A DNA stretch of 64,000 nucleotides from Eledone cirrhosa (GCA_964016885.1 OZ024741.1:228904001-228968000); one strand, 5' to 3'; shown: positions 29,701-44,057, numbered from the stretch's first letter. Notes: a model not told the origin generated them from the sequence alone. Numbers and translations are program-made.

Positions 29701-30345
29701 ATCCTTATTTCTAACCAGAACCCTATCTAGGTACGATCTAGATGTTCCTCTACGATTAGTCCACGTCCACAGTGGCACAGTCGAGAAATCTAGTCGATAT
29801 CTATCGGCCAGGTCAAATCGGCCGATTAACTGTTTGAGGCTGCTACACTTCCTTTTATCGGGACATGCTCCCACATAGACCCAACGTGCATCTAGGACTC
29901 CATTCCAGTCCTCCACTAAAAGCAAGGAGCGGGACGTTCCCAGAAAAGTCTCTAGACATGTGAAGAAGTCTGGCCGCGGTGTCGCGGATGGGGCATATGC
30001 GGCCACCAGCCTGAAGGCTCCACCTTCACTACCGTCAACGTCTAGGACCACCAGTCAACCCTCCGGGTTCAGATGTACCGTCTGTGTTACGATGCCCAGG
30101 TGTTTCCGCAGAAAAACGGCAACCCCGCCCCCACCCTCGGCCGACAGAGAGATGCGTAGATCTCAAAGTCATCGAAGATGGGGGCCAGCTGTCGCTCGCT
30201 GTGGATCCTGGACTCGCAAATGGCTACTACATCCATACTGTGCGACCTGAGGTCGTTTAAGAGTTTGCCCTGTTTTCAGGGCATCCCCAGGCCGCAACGT
30301 TGCGCCCTTATATCTGTCTGTATGTTCGGCTGTCTGCATTACGAC
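26796..30345 (-). mobile_element. L1/Tx1-like LINE ORF2 (APE endonuclease + RT + C-terminal domain), near full length, multiply frameshifted
   Basis: APE motifs (AYAP, DWNG, SYLDRV, SDHK), GPGYWKLN, RPITLLN, DQSKAFD, AYADD, GGLG, HAFIHCP. Confidence 0.95.
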
Positions 30346-30358
30346 ATTATGACGGAGC

Positions 30359-30397
<39 letters not shown>

Positions 30398-30400
30398 ATA

Positions 30401-30438
<38 letters not shown>

Positions 30439-30545
30439 TGTGTAGCGTTTTTCGAAATATTTACTTCTGCGTTCACAGATTGATTTTTTTAGTTTCAGAA
30501 GATCCCGTTAAGGGTGAAAGCAGCGATTCTTTGTTAGTTTGTTAT

Positions 30546-30604
<59 letters not shown>

Positions 30605-31868
30605 TATATTCGTGTACAGATATTTTTGCATACACAATATCAAAATATAAACAAACGTATTTATTTCACGAAGCTCGATAAGGATAAATATACATCAAAT
30701 ATATAAGAACCCTAGAGCAAATTCCGAGCAGCGACGAGCCATTCTGCTAGTATCTTATAAAACAACACCAAGTTATAAGACATATCAACCACGTAGAAAA
30801 TCTACGCCCACTATAAACAAACTCTTTTATTAATCTATATAAACATTAAACATTAGAAATATAATAAACTTAGAGCTTCTGGTACATTCACACGCATCCA
30901 TACAGACAGACGCGAGGTCGGTGTAGCACATAGGTGCGAGGGCGCCGCTCGCGCCTCTCGGCAATTTATCGAAGAGTCACCACCCCAGCCCGATTCGATA
31001 AACTCTCTGCACCCCATCGTGAAGCTCGACAGGAGAAATCCTTTCGACTCTGTGATGAGACCACATGATGGAAGTTTGCTTTAGTTGAGCCCCGTAGACT
31101 TACATGTTAGGCAAACTGCTAAGCAGGCTCCTCGCCGCCCACATTATTTTACCCTGCACCCTCGTCCAATCTGCGAGTAACAAAATGCCGTTGCAAGTCC
31201 ATGTTAGACACTTTCTGACTCCACTCGCTGTCATGTATCGCAGCGCCGGCTGCTTCCAAAAACATGCCGCTCTCTCAATGAGGTTGTTAATTGTGGCCTG
31301 GACGCGACAGGAATTAGAAGGAGGGATTAGAACAGAGTTATAATGAGCTTAAACACAAGGCCGGATGATATCAGTCTTCTAGCCCTAAGATAGTAGGTTC
31401 CTCATCTGGGACGCGACATACAGTGATACTTTCACTAGCGGCAAACCTGGTAAAATCAGACTCAGGTTCAGTTGCTCCACTGTCTGGAGAGGGCAAGTTG
31501 ACATAGTACCGGTTGCTCTCTGATAGGTGTTTCATTGAGCACCTGATGGTCCTAGGTCCCAGAATCACGTCTCTACTCACTGTGTTCAAGATGGAGATTG
31601 TCATCTACAAGAAATTGCTCTGCTAGATAGACTAGTTATTTCTGTGTATCTCTTTCACTGTACTCAAGGGTAAAGCATTCGTCATTCACAATTGTCCGCC
31701 GGGACCTAAAAGCAATAAAAACAAACTATATATAAAAAAGATATATATGTGTGAGAGAGCGTGTGTGTGTATGCATGTATGTGTGTATGTATGTATGCAT
31801 GCATGTATATATGTATGCATGTATGTATGTATGCATGTATGTATGCATATATGTATGCATGTATGTAT

Positions 31869-32475
31869 GTCAGGTCACCAGTTGGTGCTACTGGTAACAT
31901 GTATCCCAGTACAACCTGTCTCATGGTCGGGTCGTTGGCGACTAAACTGGTAACCCCACCAAGGTTTCTTGGTGAGGAGGGAGACTTTGGACATCTGCAG
32001 GACTAAAAACAAAACCTGTCAAAGGGTAAAGGAGCTTTTAAGAATCAATGGCCATCCAAAATCACCGGGAGTGATGACCCCTTAGCTTTTGTCAAGGCAG
32101 AATTCTAGGAGAAGGAAAACTCTGATATAACACCTGCAACCCTGATGGTATCCAATGATGTTGACTTGTTCTTCTTTTTGGTAAATATCATCTTGGTTAA
32201 GAGAGTGGGACTGGCTTTGTGCAGTACCTTTGCTCACTATAAAAGCTTCACAGCACAGGCATTGCTTTATATCTGGAGATCTCCCTGCACTTGTCGTCTC
32301 ATGGTACTATGGGCCCAGCACTATGTGTCAATAATTTTCACAAGTGTAGTGTTTGTACCAGAGTTTTCAAGTCGCTGGCTGGACTAAAAAGTCACACTCG
32401 TTCAGCGCATAGGTAGGGGTTCTCCTACATGGATATTGAGTAGTGGCCGTACTCGAAAACGAGTTGGCAGCCACC
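31869..32475 (-). mobile_element. ~605-bp non-coding repeat family C (ACAT-associated)
   Basis: Near-identical to 45737-46342 and 52547-53150; diverged relatives at 32510-33070. Confidence 0.85.
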
Positions 32476-33466
32476 ATATATATATATACATACATGTATG
32501 TATATATATGCGCGGGGACATAGAAATAGTCGGGCTGGACACCCGATCGCGCTGTAGAACCACTGGGAGTGAAGGACCCCTAGTCTTTGTCAGGGCATTC
32601 TTCTAGGAGAAGGCAACTCAGGAAACTGGGATAATTCCGATATAAAACCTGCGGCTCAGTAGTTACCGATGATGTTGATCTTTTCTTCTTTTCGGGTTAT
32701 AGCTACTGTCGCTCAGAGAGTGGGATTGGCTCAGTGCACAGTCTTTCCTCACTTTAAAAAATATCTTGACGCTCAGGCATTGCACGATAGAATTAATTAA
32801 TAATTATTAATAATTATTAATAATGGTATATCGTGCAATGGCCATACTCGATAACAAGGGGACAGCCATCATCATCATGTATGTATGCATGTATGCATAT
32901 ATGTATGTAACCCAGTACAACCTATCGCATGGTCGGGTCGTTGGCGACTAAACCGGCAACCCCACCAAGTTTACTTGGTGAGGAGGGGGATTTTGGACAC
33001 CCTGAATGACAAAAAACAATACCTGACAAAGGGCGGAAAAACTCATAAGAATCAACGGCCATCCAAAAGTGTGTAAATATGTATATACACATGTACATAT
33101 GTATGTATATGTGTATATACATGGGTGTATGTATATGCGTGGGGACAGAAATAGTCGGGCTATTATTAAAATAGTATATCGTGCAATGGCAATACTCAAT
33201 AACGAGGGGGCAGCCATCATGTATATATGTATATATGTATGCATGTATGTATGTATATATGTATGCATGTATGTATGTATGTATGTATGCATGTATGTAT
33301 GTATGTATGCATACGTGTATGTATACAAACACAAGCTAGCTAGGCCACCAGTCAGGTGGGTAGTCGACAAACGATGAAGCTGACTTCTTTCTTTTTTTAA
33401 TATGTCGTAATCAACGGCTCTATAAAAATATTGATATAGAACACGCCACGTCAGTCGCCCACGAAT

Positions 33467-33590
<124 letters not shown>

Positions 33591-33662
33591 ATTGATGCTC
33601 CAATATATATATATATATAGACATATATATATATATATTTGTATTGGTACTCCAATATAGAC

Positions 33663-33775
<113 letters not shown>

Positions 33776-33922
33776 ATACATTATATACACCTAATGGTCT
33801 ATAGAATAATGTTCTGGACAGTAGATCACACATCTGTTGCCTGGGTGGAATTGTTTGCCTTCATTTCACTATTGTTATTGCCTGGTTTAATTCACACTTT
33901 ATTACACTATCGGGTAATTGTG

Positions 33923-33990
<68 letters not shown>

Positions 33991-34076
33991 CATATATATA
34001 TATATGCGTGTGCGTGTGTTAGTATGTGTGTGTATGCATACAGGCACACAAACACACGCGCACACACATACATATG

Positions 34077-34119
<43 letters not shown>

Positions 34120-34122
34120 ATA

Positions 34123-34157
<35 letters not shown>

Positions 34158-34472
34158 AGGGGAAGAAGGGGAATGGGGAGATGGAAGAGTCGGGAAAAGA
34201 AAGGAAAGGAAAGTAAAAGATTGCAATGCAGAGAAATGAAAGGAGATAATAAGAGGTGATAATTATTTTGAGTCAATATATATGTGTGTGTGTGAGTGTG
34301 TGTGTGTGGGTGTGTGTGTATGTGTGTGCGTGTGTGTGTGTGTGTGTCAATAGACTTTTAATTTTTAATAAATGCTTGGATCTATTCATTAGAATTTTTG
34401 AGGTTTGTCTACAGGTGGTATGGCGCAAATCTGTGATTTTCTTAGACATGACTTGTATAATTGTGTTAGTAT

Positions 34473-34502
<30 letters not shown>

Positions 34503-34503
<1 letters not shown>

Positions 34504-35160
34504 GACGCTATCTCTCTCCACAAAGTTCGATCACCAACAGAGGAGTTTAAAGAGCAAAGATCTAGTCCAGTCCATAAGTTGACATTATCAACCCATTGTT
34601 TTGGCTGCCGGCCTCTGCTTCTCCTACCATCGAACCGCGAGTTGATCTATTTATATGACCGCATAGTTTGAGTACTCTTGACTTCACAATGGTCTAAGTT
34701 TCGCAATGTTGAGCAGCTCACTGACACGAATACGGTCGCTGAGCCACTTGCCAGTCATAAGTCTCATGATTTGGTTCTGGAATGTAGAGAGCTTCTGAAG
34801 TGATCTTGTCGTCCAATTAACACAACTAGTAGGAAGATCTTAGCCTTCAAATGATAGGAAACTTGTTTTGATGTTAGTACTTTCTTGTTCTTGTTGAAAG
34901 TTGCCCAACCTAGAGCGGTGCGATACTGCGCAGCAACCATTCCATTGTTGTTTGAAGATAGCTTGTGACCGAGCTATACAGACACCGTAACTTGAGCCAT
35001 TTGCTGGTTGTAGATTGTGAGTTGGAGATTGACATTTGTTTATCAGTTGTCATACACTTTATTTTGGAGATGTTGCTGGACGATCTGGCCCTCATGAGTT
35101 ACTCTAGAACTTATCTGCAAGACTTTCTGAATGTACTGAGCAAACATTTGCTGGAAGTTG
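34503..35160 (-). mobile_element. Degenerate RTE-like RT C-terminal fragment
   Basis: Minus-strand translation ...GWATFNKNKKVLTSKQ..LKAKIF resembles RTE RT C-terminal region; many stops. Confidence 0.55.
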
Positions 35161-36678
35161 GCTTATACATCAAATTCTCCATAGATATATATATAAAATA
35201 AGGATGAGAAGAGGGCTGTGTGGTTACTGATAATGGGTGTTAGAAGGTAAGGGAACACAACAAGGAGTGGACAATCTCCCTTCGTCAGTAATTAACTATG
35301 GGTCTCAGATATTTCGGCCCATTATTAACTATGCATCTACCTGTAGCGCGTCCATAGCCCTTTTTCTACCAAAAGGCCACGAGGAAGAGAAAGAAAAGAA
35401 AGAGAGAAGAAGAAAAAAAGAAAAAAGGAAAAAAAAGGAAAAATATATATATAACAGACCACTTTTTTCCGTCTATGATGGATCTTTCTAAGCTTTGTAT
35501 AACATGTACCTGTATTTACAGATATTTTCTGAGTCTGAGTTTGGTAGATTTTCTATGATCATAATATCTCATAATATCTCAGCGCTTCGAAATTTTGAAC
35601 ATTGCATATGATTTCTTTTTACATCCAAAGCTGTTTGTTTTAGCTTCTAATTTAGACAGTGATTGTTGCCAGGAGCTAATAACAGTTATTCTTTGCGTTT
35701 GAGTTTCATGCAGAGGACGAAGAAGATGATGACAAGAAAATACTATCAATAGTAAGAAGACAAATAAAGGCACTGTATTGAAGTCAAATGAAACAAAGGG
35801 GCAGATATATATATAGATATATATATATATATATATATACCTGCCCTTTTGTATATATATATCGTCTCACACACACACACATGTGGCGATGTGTAAATGT
35901 ACAGCAATCAAAATTTATATAACACACTACCATGCTACCTAAATACACTTTATCCGACTAGGTATACACGACACCACACTATCATAATGATTTCACATTC
36001 ACGCAATATATCTTACCATAAACACACATACACATGTGTACAACATATACACTATACCCCATCCCATATATGTGTGCATGTGTCTGTGTGTGTGCATACA
36101 TACATACATACATACATACATACATACATACATTCATACATACATACATACATACATACATACATACATACATACATACATACATACATACATACATACA
36201 TACATACATACACACTTATAGATTGTTCACTTGCCCTTTTGTTTCAATTGACTTCAATACGGAAACAATTAATAGTTGAAAGTGTCTTTATTTCTCTTCT
36301 TACTATTGATAATATTTCCTTGTCGTCATCTTCGTCTTCTCCTTCATCGACCTTTTCATCATCTTGCTTTATTGTAACAATCACCTGTCAGATAAACTTC
36401 CCCCGAAACACATAAAAATATATAAAACTAGTGAAAATTTTCAGAGTCACCTCATCAGGCAGATTGTACGATAACACATACACAGACAGAGTCAGAAACG
36501 CAGACACAGATTCAGACACACACAAACACACACACACACCACACACACACACACACATATATATATACATATATATATATGTGGGGGGGGGGGGGTATGT
36601 GTATGTGTGTGTGTGTGTGCGTGTGCGTGTGTGCGCGTGTGTGTAATGTATAAATACCACCATATTACTTGGACAGTC

Positions 36679-36729
36679 GGCTTCCTGATGATTTCTCCCG
36701 AATGAAACATTTCTGGTCCTGTAGAAGCC
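36679..36729 (+). ncRNA. Type I hammerhead ribozyme (family H2)
   Basis: ggcttc CTGATGA tttctcccgaat GAAA catttctggtcctgTA gaagcc: 6-bp stem I, GUA triplet. Confidence 0.7.
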
Positions 36730-36814
36730 ATTTCTATATTAAATATTTATACTCTGTTATGTATTGAGTACCCTACGTACTTTGGTTACCCCCGATTGAA
36801 CCCGGGGATAAACT

Positions 36815-36892
<78 letters not shown>

Positions 36893-37619
36893 CATATATA
36901 TATTTATATATATATAAACTAAAATGGATGCAGTAAAAACCTGTTAGACCATAGCTCACCAGGGGACTTGATACTTGGGGTAGTAGAGTGTGGTAATGTG
37001 AAAGAGTTGAAACCCGATGGATGGCTGAACTATTGCCAATTCAACAGTTCGGAACAAGCTGTTGACGTCCATACTCTTTCATATAACTGCAATTGTTTTG
37101 TCTGACGAATGTGCTAGTTGTTTCTGCAAGAATCATCTACTTTCTCGAAACATTCGGTAATGTAATAATTATATTGTGTTCTTTATTATGTAATTAAAAA
37201 GCTCTGTACTATACATAGAACACTCTTCTTTCCTTTACCTTTTCTACGGAAATACTTAATACAAATAACATATATATACATATATGGGATGGGATATAGT
37301 ATATATGATGTATACATGTGTATGTATGTTTATGATAAGATGTATTACGTGAATGCATAATCATTATGGTAGTGTGGTAGTGCGTGTACCCAGTCAGATA
37401 ACGTGTATTTAGGTAGTATGGTAGTGTGTTATATAAATATTGATTTCTGTACATTTACACAAAACCAAAATCATACAAGGAGACTCAAGATAAATGGAGA
37501 AGCCTGTATATGCCTGCGTGTATATGAATGTGCGTCTGAAGAGAGAGAGAAAGGGGGAGAAAGGCAGCGAGACGAAATACATAAATGAATATTCATATAT
37601 TTATATATGTATGAGTATA

Positions 37620-39377
37620 TCTATCTATATAAAACAGAGGTTGTCTGTCTGTCTACTAAAACGGTCGGCACACATCTCCTCCTAAACCGTACGTTCAAAT
37701 TTCGGTGAAATTACTACACTTATAGATGAAGGCCCGGCGGAGACATCGATCAAAAAAATGTTCAAATCGACCCACGCCAAGTGCAAAAATCGATTTCTCA
37801 GTTCAAAGTTATAAATAGAGATGAGAGACGAGTTATTTCCCTTTTATGGCATCATTTGTTTATATATTTACGTTACGAACAAACTACGCGTGCAAAAGTA
37901 CAAAAATACGGGAACAGTTTTCGGGCCAGCAAAATTTTAACCTGCAAAATTCATGAGTTCGAAGTTTCAACATTAAGCTTCCATTTTGCTTCATTTCCAT
38001 TAAAAAGTCTTTTAAAACAATATTTCATCGCATCAGTCTCGCCATCACCCGCGGCAACGCTGCGAGTGTGCTGGCTTACCTCAAAACTCATTAGAAAGGT
38101 TGCCCAGTACTTGTGACGTTGCTGTCTTTTGCTCTGGTGTTGGCTCCGTTGTTCACCCCTTCCTTTACATTTTCTTTAATATTGTAGCATTGAAGGAATA
38201 TATCTTTCATTATATCATCCTTTGTAATGTTACCGAGGCATTTGTAATGTTATTTATGTATATATTTAAAACATATTTGTTATGTTATTCTACTGTAAAT
38301 TTATTTATATGCTCTGATTATATTTTCATTCTGAAGGATTTGTAATGTTGTTTGTGCAACTATGAATAAAATATTTTTACTTGAAAACAAGCCTACTTGA
38401 ATACACTACTACCCTAAAAAATCTATGAAACTACATACATGTTGCAACCGAATGAAAACAGGAAGATGATATTTTGGTTCGTGAAGACGTTCCCTGGTAC
38501 TGAACGGAAAAAAAGCGAGTATAATACGTCGTTATGTTGACCGAGAAGAACAATTTCATGCAAAGACAAGACCAAGTCAATGGTGTAAATGGAGTCGTTA
38601 GACTAATAATCTATTTAAAATAACCGAATGATTTCCAGCCCCGGAGTTTAAGAATGATGTAAATAAAATTGTATACGAAAATGACAGAGGTTATTAAAAT
38701 AGTTGTTTCTACTTTTGGCACAAGGTCAGCAATTACACAGTACATTACTGGTACTTTATTTTATCGACCCCGTAATGATGAAAGGCAAAATTAACCTCGA
38801 CGGGATTTTAACTTTGCCTTAAAATAGTAAAAGTAAATAGTGAAGATTTAGGCCAGTACATACGTATGCGCCGACGGACATACACAAACATATACATACG
38901 CACACACAAATACATACACTCACACAAATACACACGCGTGTGTGTGTAAACCTTATGCATTTCTACAGTATTTTCACCAAATTTAAGACATAGGTTACTT
39001 ATATACTCCGGATGGTCACGGGCACTTTCATTTTGCCAGATATTGATTATAGGGCCTCCCGGCAGATAAGCCCCATTAACCACTTCCTTGGAGTCGACTG
39101 AAGCACTGCAGTGCAATACAACAAAAAGTCATAACTTCTGGAGTTCGCAACCGATTTTCACGAAACTTGACACATGGGCTACGTTTGTTCTACAGATGAA
39201 TGTGAACTCTCGGAATTGGCACAGATTGAGTAGGGGACCCCTGGGGGCAGGAACCCCCTTTTGGAAAAAGCTGATGATTGTCTAAAAGTATAGTTTTCGA
39301 TGCAGCACTGAAGAATTGACATAAATGGTATACATAACTGCTATTTAATACCCGAGCAACGCCGGGTACCTCTGCTA

Positions 39378-39378
<1 letters not shown>
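37620..39378 (+). mobile_element. Non-autonomous Helitron
   Basis: 5' TCtatctatataaaa followed by (tgtc)n; 3' hairpin cccg-agcaacgc-cggg then CTAG-t; SINE B fragment nested at about 38703-38806. Confidence 0.7.
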
Positions 39379-39446
<68 letters not shown>

Positions 39447-39459
39447 TATATATATATAT

Positions 39460-39843
39460 AAACGGAAAAAATGAAACGAAATTTCATTTCTCATTCTTAG
39501 TACGGCTGTTACTTAAATATAAGTATGTATACGTACGTACATACATATATGTATACAGACGTACAGTAGTATGTATATATATATATACATACATGCACAC
39601 ATATATATATATGTACATATGGATTCACCGAACATATATTATAATGCTCGGTGTGTTTGTAAACAAACATCCCGAATTAAGCCGTACAGTGTCTAGCAAC
39701 CAACGTTGCTCATTTGTTCAACACTGACAAAGGAACGCTGTACTAGTTTTAAGCTTATTAGCTATCGTCAGCAACGTATACCTTCCTGCCAGATGATTGA
39801 ACGTCTGAAAGTATATACTTTCCTTATGCATATTCACGGCTGA

Positions 39844-39845
<2 letters not shown>
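39460..39845 (-). mobile_element. H1 monomer with a probably inactivated hammerhead
   Basis: Core at 39735-39777 has GAAA changed to AAAA. Confidence 0.8.
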
Positions 39846-39902
<57 letters not shown>

Positions 39903-39904
<2 letters not shown>

Positions 39905-40323
39905 ATATATTAATAAATGGAAACTATATTTATAAAACCATAATTATTTTATTTTATATATATTTCAATGGCAACCAAGGCAGTCTTGGTGCGCTTTCAT
40001 CAGATAAAATAGAAAATTTGTTTTATGAATAGTGACATAACCGTGGAAAACAACCTTGACGGTTGAAAATTTTCTGCATAGTTTAAATTTTTGACGGTTG
40101 AAATTTTGCTGGATAGTTTAAAATTTTGTATTATATCTGATGAAAGCGCACCAAGACTGCCTTGGTTGCCCTTGAAATATATATAATAAAATAATTATGG
40201 TTTTATAAATATAGTTTCCATTTATTAATATATTGAATATTTACTCCAGTAAACTGTTGAGTGCTCTATATCAGTTATACACTTTTAAGTTTGTTGGAAT
40301 CCCAACAAATTAAATATAACTCC

Positions 40324-40326
<3 letters not shown>
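39903..40326. repeat. Fold-back PLE-pLTR-like repeat with hammerhead-like cores (H6)
   Basis: 39903-40006 is inverted to 40133-40235; CTGATGA 40137, strong stem II gcaccaag/cttggttgc, GAAA 40174. Confidence 0.65.
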
Positions 40327-40405
<79 letters not shown>

Positions 40406-40492
40406 GAGAAAGAGAGAGAGAGAGAGAGATGTGTATATATGTGTGTATATGTAATATATGTATGCATGTTTATGTATGTCTATATATATATA

Positions 40493-40577
<85 letters not shown>

Positions 40578-40579
<2 letters not shown>

Positions 40580-42400
40580 TATTAACTGCTAGAAGAACTC
40601 TAATTAATTTTAACAATGAGTATTGGACCCGTTCAGATAGGAATAGAAACTTTGACATTACCATGGGATCATCGGACTCTGCGCAGGTTATCGATCTTCT
40701 GGGTATTTTTATCTTAAATATGGTAAATAGAAAACTGCCGGAGATTACCAGTGGTTTATATAGGGACGATATTTTATTTACGGTTGTCAAGCATAGCAAT
40801 ACAGAACTAAATAGGGTTAAGAAAACTATAATTGAATTCTTTAAAAATTACGACCTTAAATTAGAAGTTGAAAGTAGTACCAAAATAGTTAATTTCCTTG
40901 ACGTGACCCTTAACTTAAACTCAGGATTTTATTACCCTTTCCACAAGCCCAATGAAACCTTAAATTACGTTAGCTATTACTCTAATCACCCTAAATCCGT
41001 GAAAAATGCAATGGTCAATAGTGTACAGAAACGCATAACTAGAATATCCGCTCATAAATCCATATTTGATGAAAAAGCAGGATATTATAATGACGCGCTA
41101 CGCAAGGCAGGTTATTAAAATAATATTGAATATATAGATAATAATAATTTGAATTATAATCCGGGTAAAAATAAGACTAACATAAATAAACTAAATTCTA
41201 AAAATTATAATACAAACACCAATACCTTGAATAAATCGGGGAAAAAAATCAGAACTAAATCAGTTATATGGTTTGCTCCTCCCGCATCTGTAGCACTCAA
41301 AACACCACTCGCAAATCTATTCTTTAAAGCTTTAGATAAATGCTTCCCCATACAACGTAAATACCACTCCATATTTAACAGACAAAAAATTAAGCTTTCT
41401 TATTCTACAACTATGAATATGGCCCAGAACATTGCAAAAATAAATAGTAGAATTCTAAATCATAACCAACAAACAATTAGGGATAATGAATATAATAACA
41501 CTAACAATATTAATACTAAGATTAACAATAACATTAATCTAAGCACTATCAATAGAACACTTCAAAGTACTAGCAATGTTAATGTCAATTGTTCAATTTA
41601 TAGTAATAACAATAAATCGATATGTAATTGTAGAAATAGATCAAATTGCCCTCTGCAAAATAATTGTCTGGATAGCAATCTGGTCTATAAATGCACCGTA
41701 AAAGCAAATAACATCACATAAAAACTATATTGGTGCAACTTCATCGACATTTAAATTAAGATTTTCGAATCACAAATATTCTTTTTCGAATCCTAATAGG
41801 AAATCTTCGACCTCTTTATCACAACTTATATGGTCATTAAAAGACAAAAATTTAAAATACTCGATTTCTTGGTCAAAGCTGTGTAATGGTCAAATCTACT
41901 TGAATTCTTCAATATCACCTAACTGCAATCTTTGTACTATGGAGACCCTATTAATAATTACTAATTATGATAATTTAATTAACAAAAAAAGTGAATTATT
42001 CTCAAATTGCCTGCATAAAGCTTCTTCTACATTCCAAGCCTCACAAAAAGTCAGGAAAAAACATTGAATAAATAAGTTTTAATTTTTGACCTTTCTTATC
42101 AACTGAGTGCGTAAAACGATACTATAACAGATTATAAAACCTTCTAATAATTTTTATTTATTTACTATATGATGAATGTTGGATTAAGGGTTCTATATAA
42201 ACATATAGACTGTTAACATGATCTTTTGATGAGTATGCATATCATTTGATTGTTTAAATACATTTAATTTTTTCGGGGTTTATTCTATTTTTTTAAATTA
42301 TATGTTTGACAATTATAAGGAATCGTAAACCATTCATTTATTTATTTTGATTATGTTTTAAGATTCAATATGTTTGATTTATATATCTATGGTATATGTG
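40578..42400 (+). mobile_element. Penelope-like element: RT C-half + Cys linker + GIY-YIG endonuclease, 5' truncated, with stop/frameshift
   Basis: MGSSDSAQVIDL, LYRDD, NFLDVTL, SNHP, CNCR..CPL..CL, VYKC...YIGATS..FKLRFSNHK, CNLC..E, LINKKSE..C.H. Confidence 0.92.
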
Positions 42401-42434
42401 TCGTACACGATCCTAGGCGATAAACTTTTTCCAC

Positions 42435-43409
42435 TTAACTTTTTTGCGACTTTTTTTTGGGGGGGGGGGGGATTTTGGGGTTCCTCTTCATTCTCACTTG
42501 GAGATGTAGAGGCTCCCGTGTCTGAGACTTCTGAATCAGGAGTAGATGGGAGCGGTATGTTGTGTGGTGGAGTGTTTGTGCAGGTGTTTGTGGAAGTATT
42601 TGACAGAGAGGGAGAGGCAATGGAGGGTTTTTCAGTGGGATTTTTTGTGTGTGGTTGTCTCTGGTCTGTGGTGGTGTGGGAGTGGATGTTACAGGTGTTT
42701 GTGTTGTGTTTGGTTTAGAGTGTTGATATTGGGGTTTTGGTGTTGGTAATAACACCTTGTTTGTCCTTGGTTTGTTTAAGAGAGGGCAAAAGGCCTTTAA
42801 GTGTGTGGTTTCCCCACACTTATGGCACTGAGGTCTTTTCCCCTCCACTAAAATGGAGATGACATCTTCCTCAAGGACGATACTGTCCGGTATTTTCTCA
42901 ACTCTCTATGGCCTCATTTGTACCAGAACCTCGATGCAGGTTCCAAACCAGTTATGCCGGTTTGTTCTGTCTACAGATAGGAGGGTGTCCTCATCCTTCT
43001 TCAGGATGCAGCGTAGGATCCGCACCTCTACTGGGATCCTGATTATTTTTATTTTATAGGATCTTCTTCCCATGTATGTGGGGAAGATGTGTTGATCCAT
43101 TTTTATTGGGTGAACGGAGTGTTTTTGTGCCAGAGTTTCGCTCTTAAAGAGCACTGACACACTTCCATACTGTTTACCTCTTTGGAGGTATGCCACGTCT
43201 GGCTTGATGTCTTTTAGTGCAGCTTCAATAGTGCTTGTTGGGAGCGTTATGGGTTTTTTTGTAGTGATGTCAACTGTTCTATAAATTAGCTTCTTTTTCT
43301 GTGTCATTTCTCTTACTTGTGGGGGTATGTGTATGTGTGGGGTGTCTCCCTCAAACGTCACATAGTTGGAAGCTTCTTCCAAATATTGGGACTTTGGGGA
43401 AATGTCCAT
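42435..43409 (-). pseudogene. LINE (Tx1/L1-like) ORF1 remnant with CCHC zinc knuckle
   Basis: EGKRPQCHKCGETTHLKAFCP knuckle preceded by an RRM-like region; frameshift near 42900. Confidence 0.7.
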
Positions 43410-43980
43410 GGAGTAGTATTTAAAATCATGTTGCTTAGCAACTGTTGCTGCAAATTAAATTTTGTTATTGTTGTTGTTGGTGGTGATGATGGTCTCATTC
43501 GTTGTGTTGCCACTGATTCCTTTTGTTGTGTTGTTGTGTTGTTGTTGTTGCTTGTGGTGGTGTTAGTGTTTGCTACACATTCTTCCTTCTATGTGACGTT
43601 TGTGACGTCAGGCGTGTTCAGTTGCTTACAAGCAGCTGAAGCTTGTTCCTCTTCTGAATGTTTAGGCGATAATGTTGGCATTCCTTTGTCCATGTCTGCT
43701 ACTACTTGCTGGTCCCTTCCCATCTTCTTGTTTTGACGAAGAAGTAGGTGCCTTTGCGTCAGCCATTTAAAAAAAATTGAAGTGTTTGGCAAAATTTTTT
43801 TCGAAAATATTTTGGATCTTTTTGCCCTGAAGGGCACGATATTTTAGGAGGCTGACCAGATCAAAATTTGACCTGTCAGTCCCTCTACAAATTGGTATAA
43901 AAATAAAAGTTCACAATGACGAATTTCTAAAGAAATTTAAACAAAACTTACCGAGAAAGTTTAACACATGTGTCCATCCC

Positions 43981-44057
<77 letters not shown>

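Noticed and set aside
30491-30530. CAGAAGA-tcccgttaagggt-GAAA hammerhead-like motif (also near 1755-1785 and 25638)
   Set aside because: Core deviates at U4 in all three copies, and no stem I or NUH can be closed
31869-31952. Possible HDV-like ribozyme at the end of family C (gtcgttggcgactaa resembles P4-J4/2)
   Set aside because: Could not build convincing P1/P3 pairings by hand; needs a descriptor-based search
36425-36462. Minus-strand CTGATGAggtgactctGAAA
   Set aside because: No stem I or III complementarity found
40578-42067. Selenocysteine read-through as in Naiad PLEs
   Set aside because: Interrupting stops are TAA and the conserved Cys codons are intact; ordinary decay
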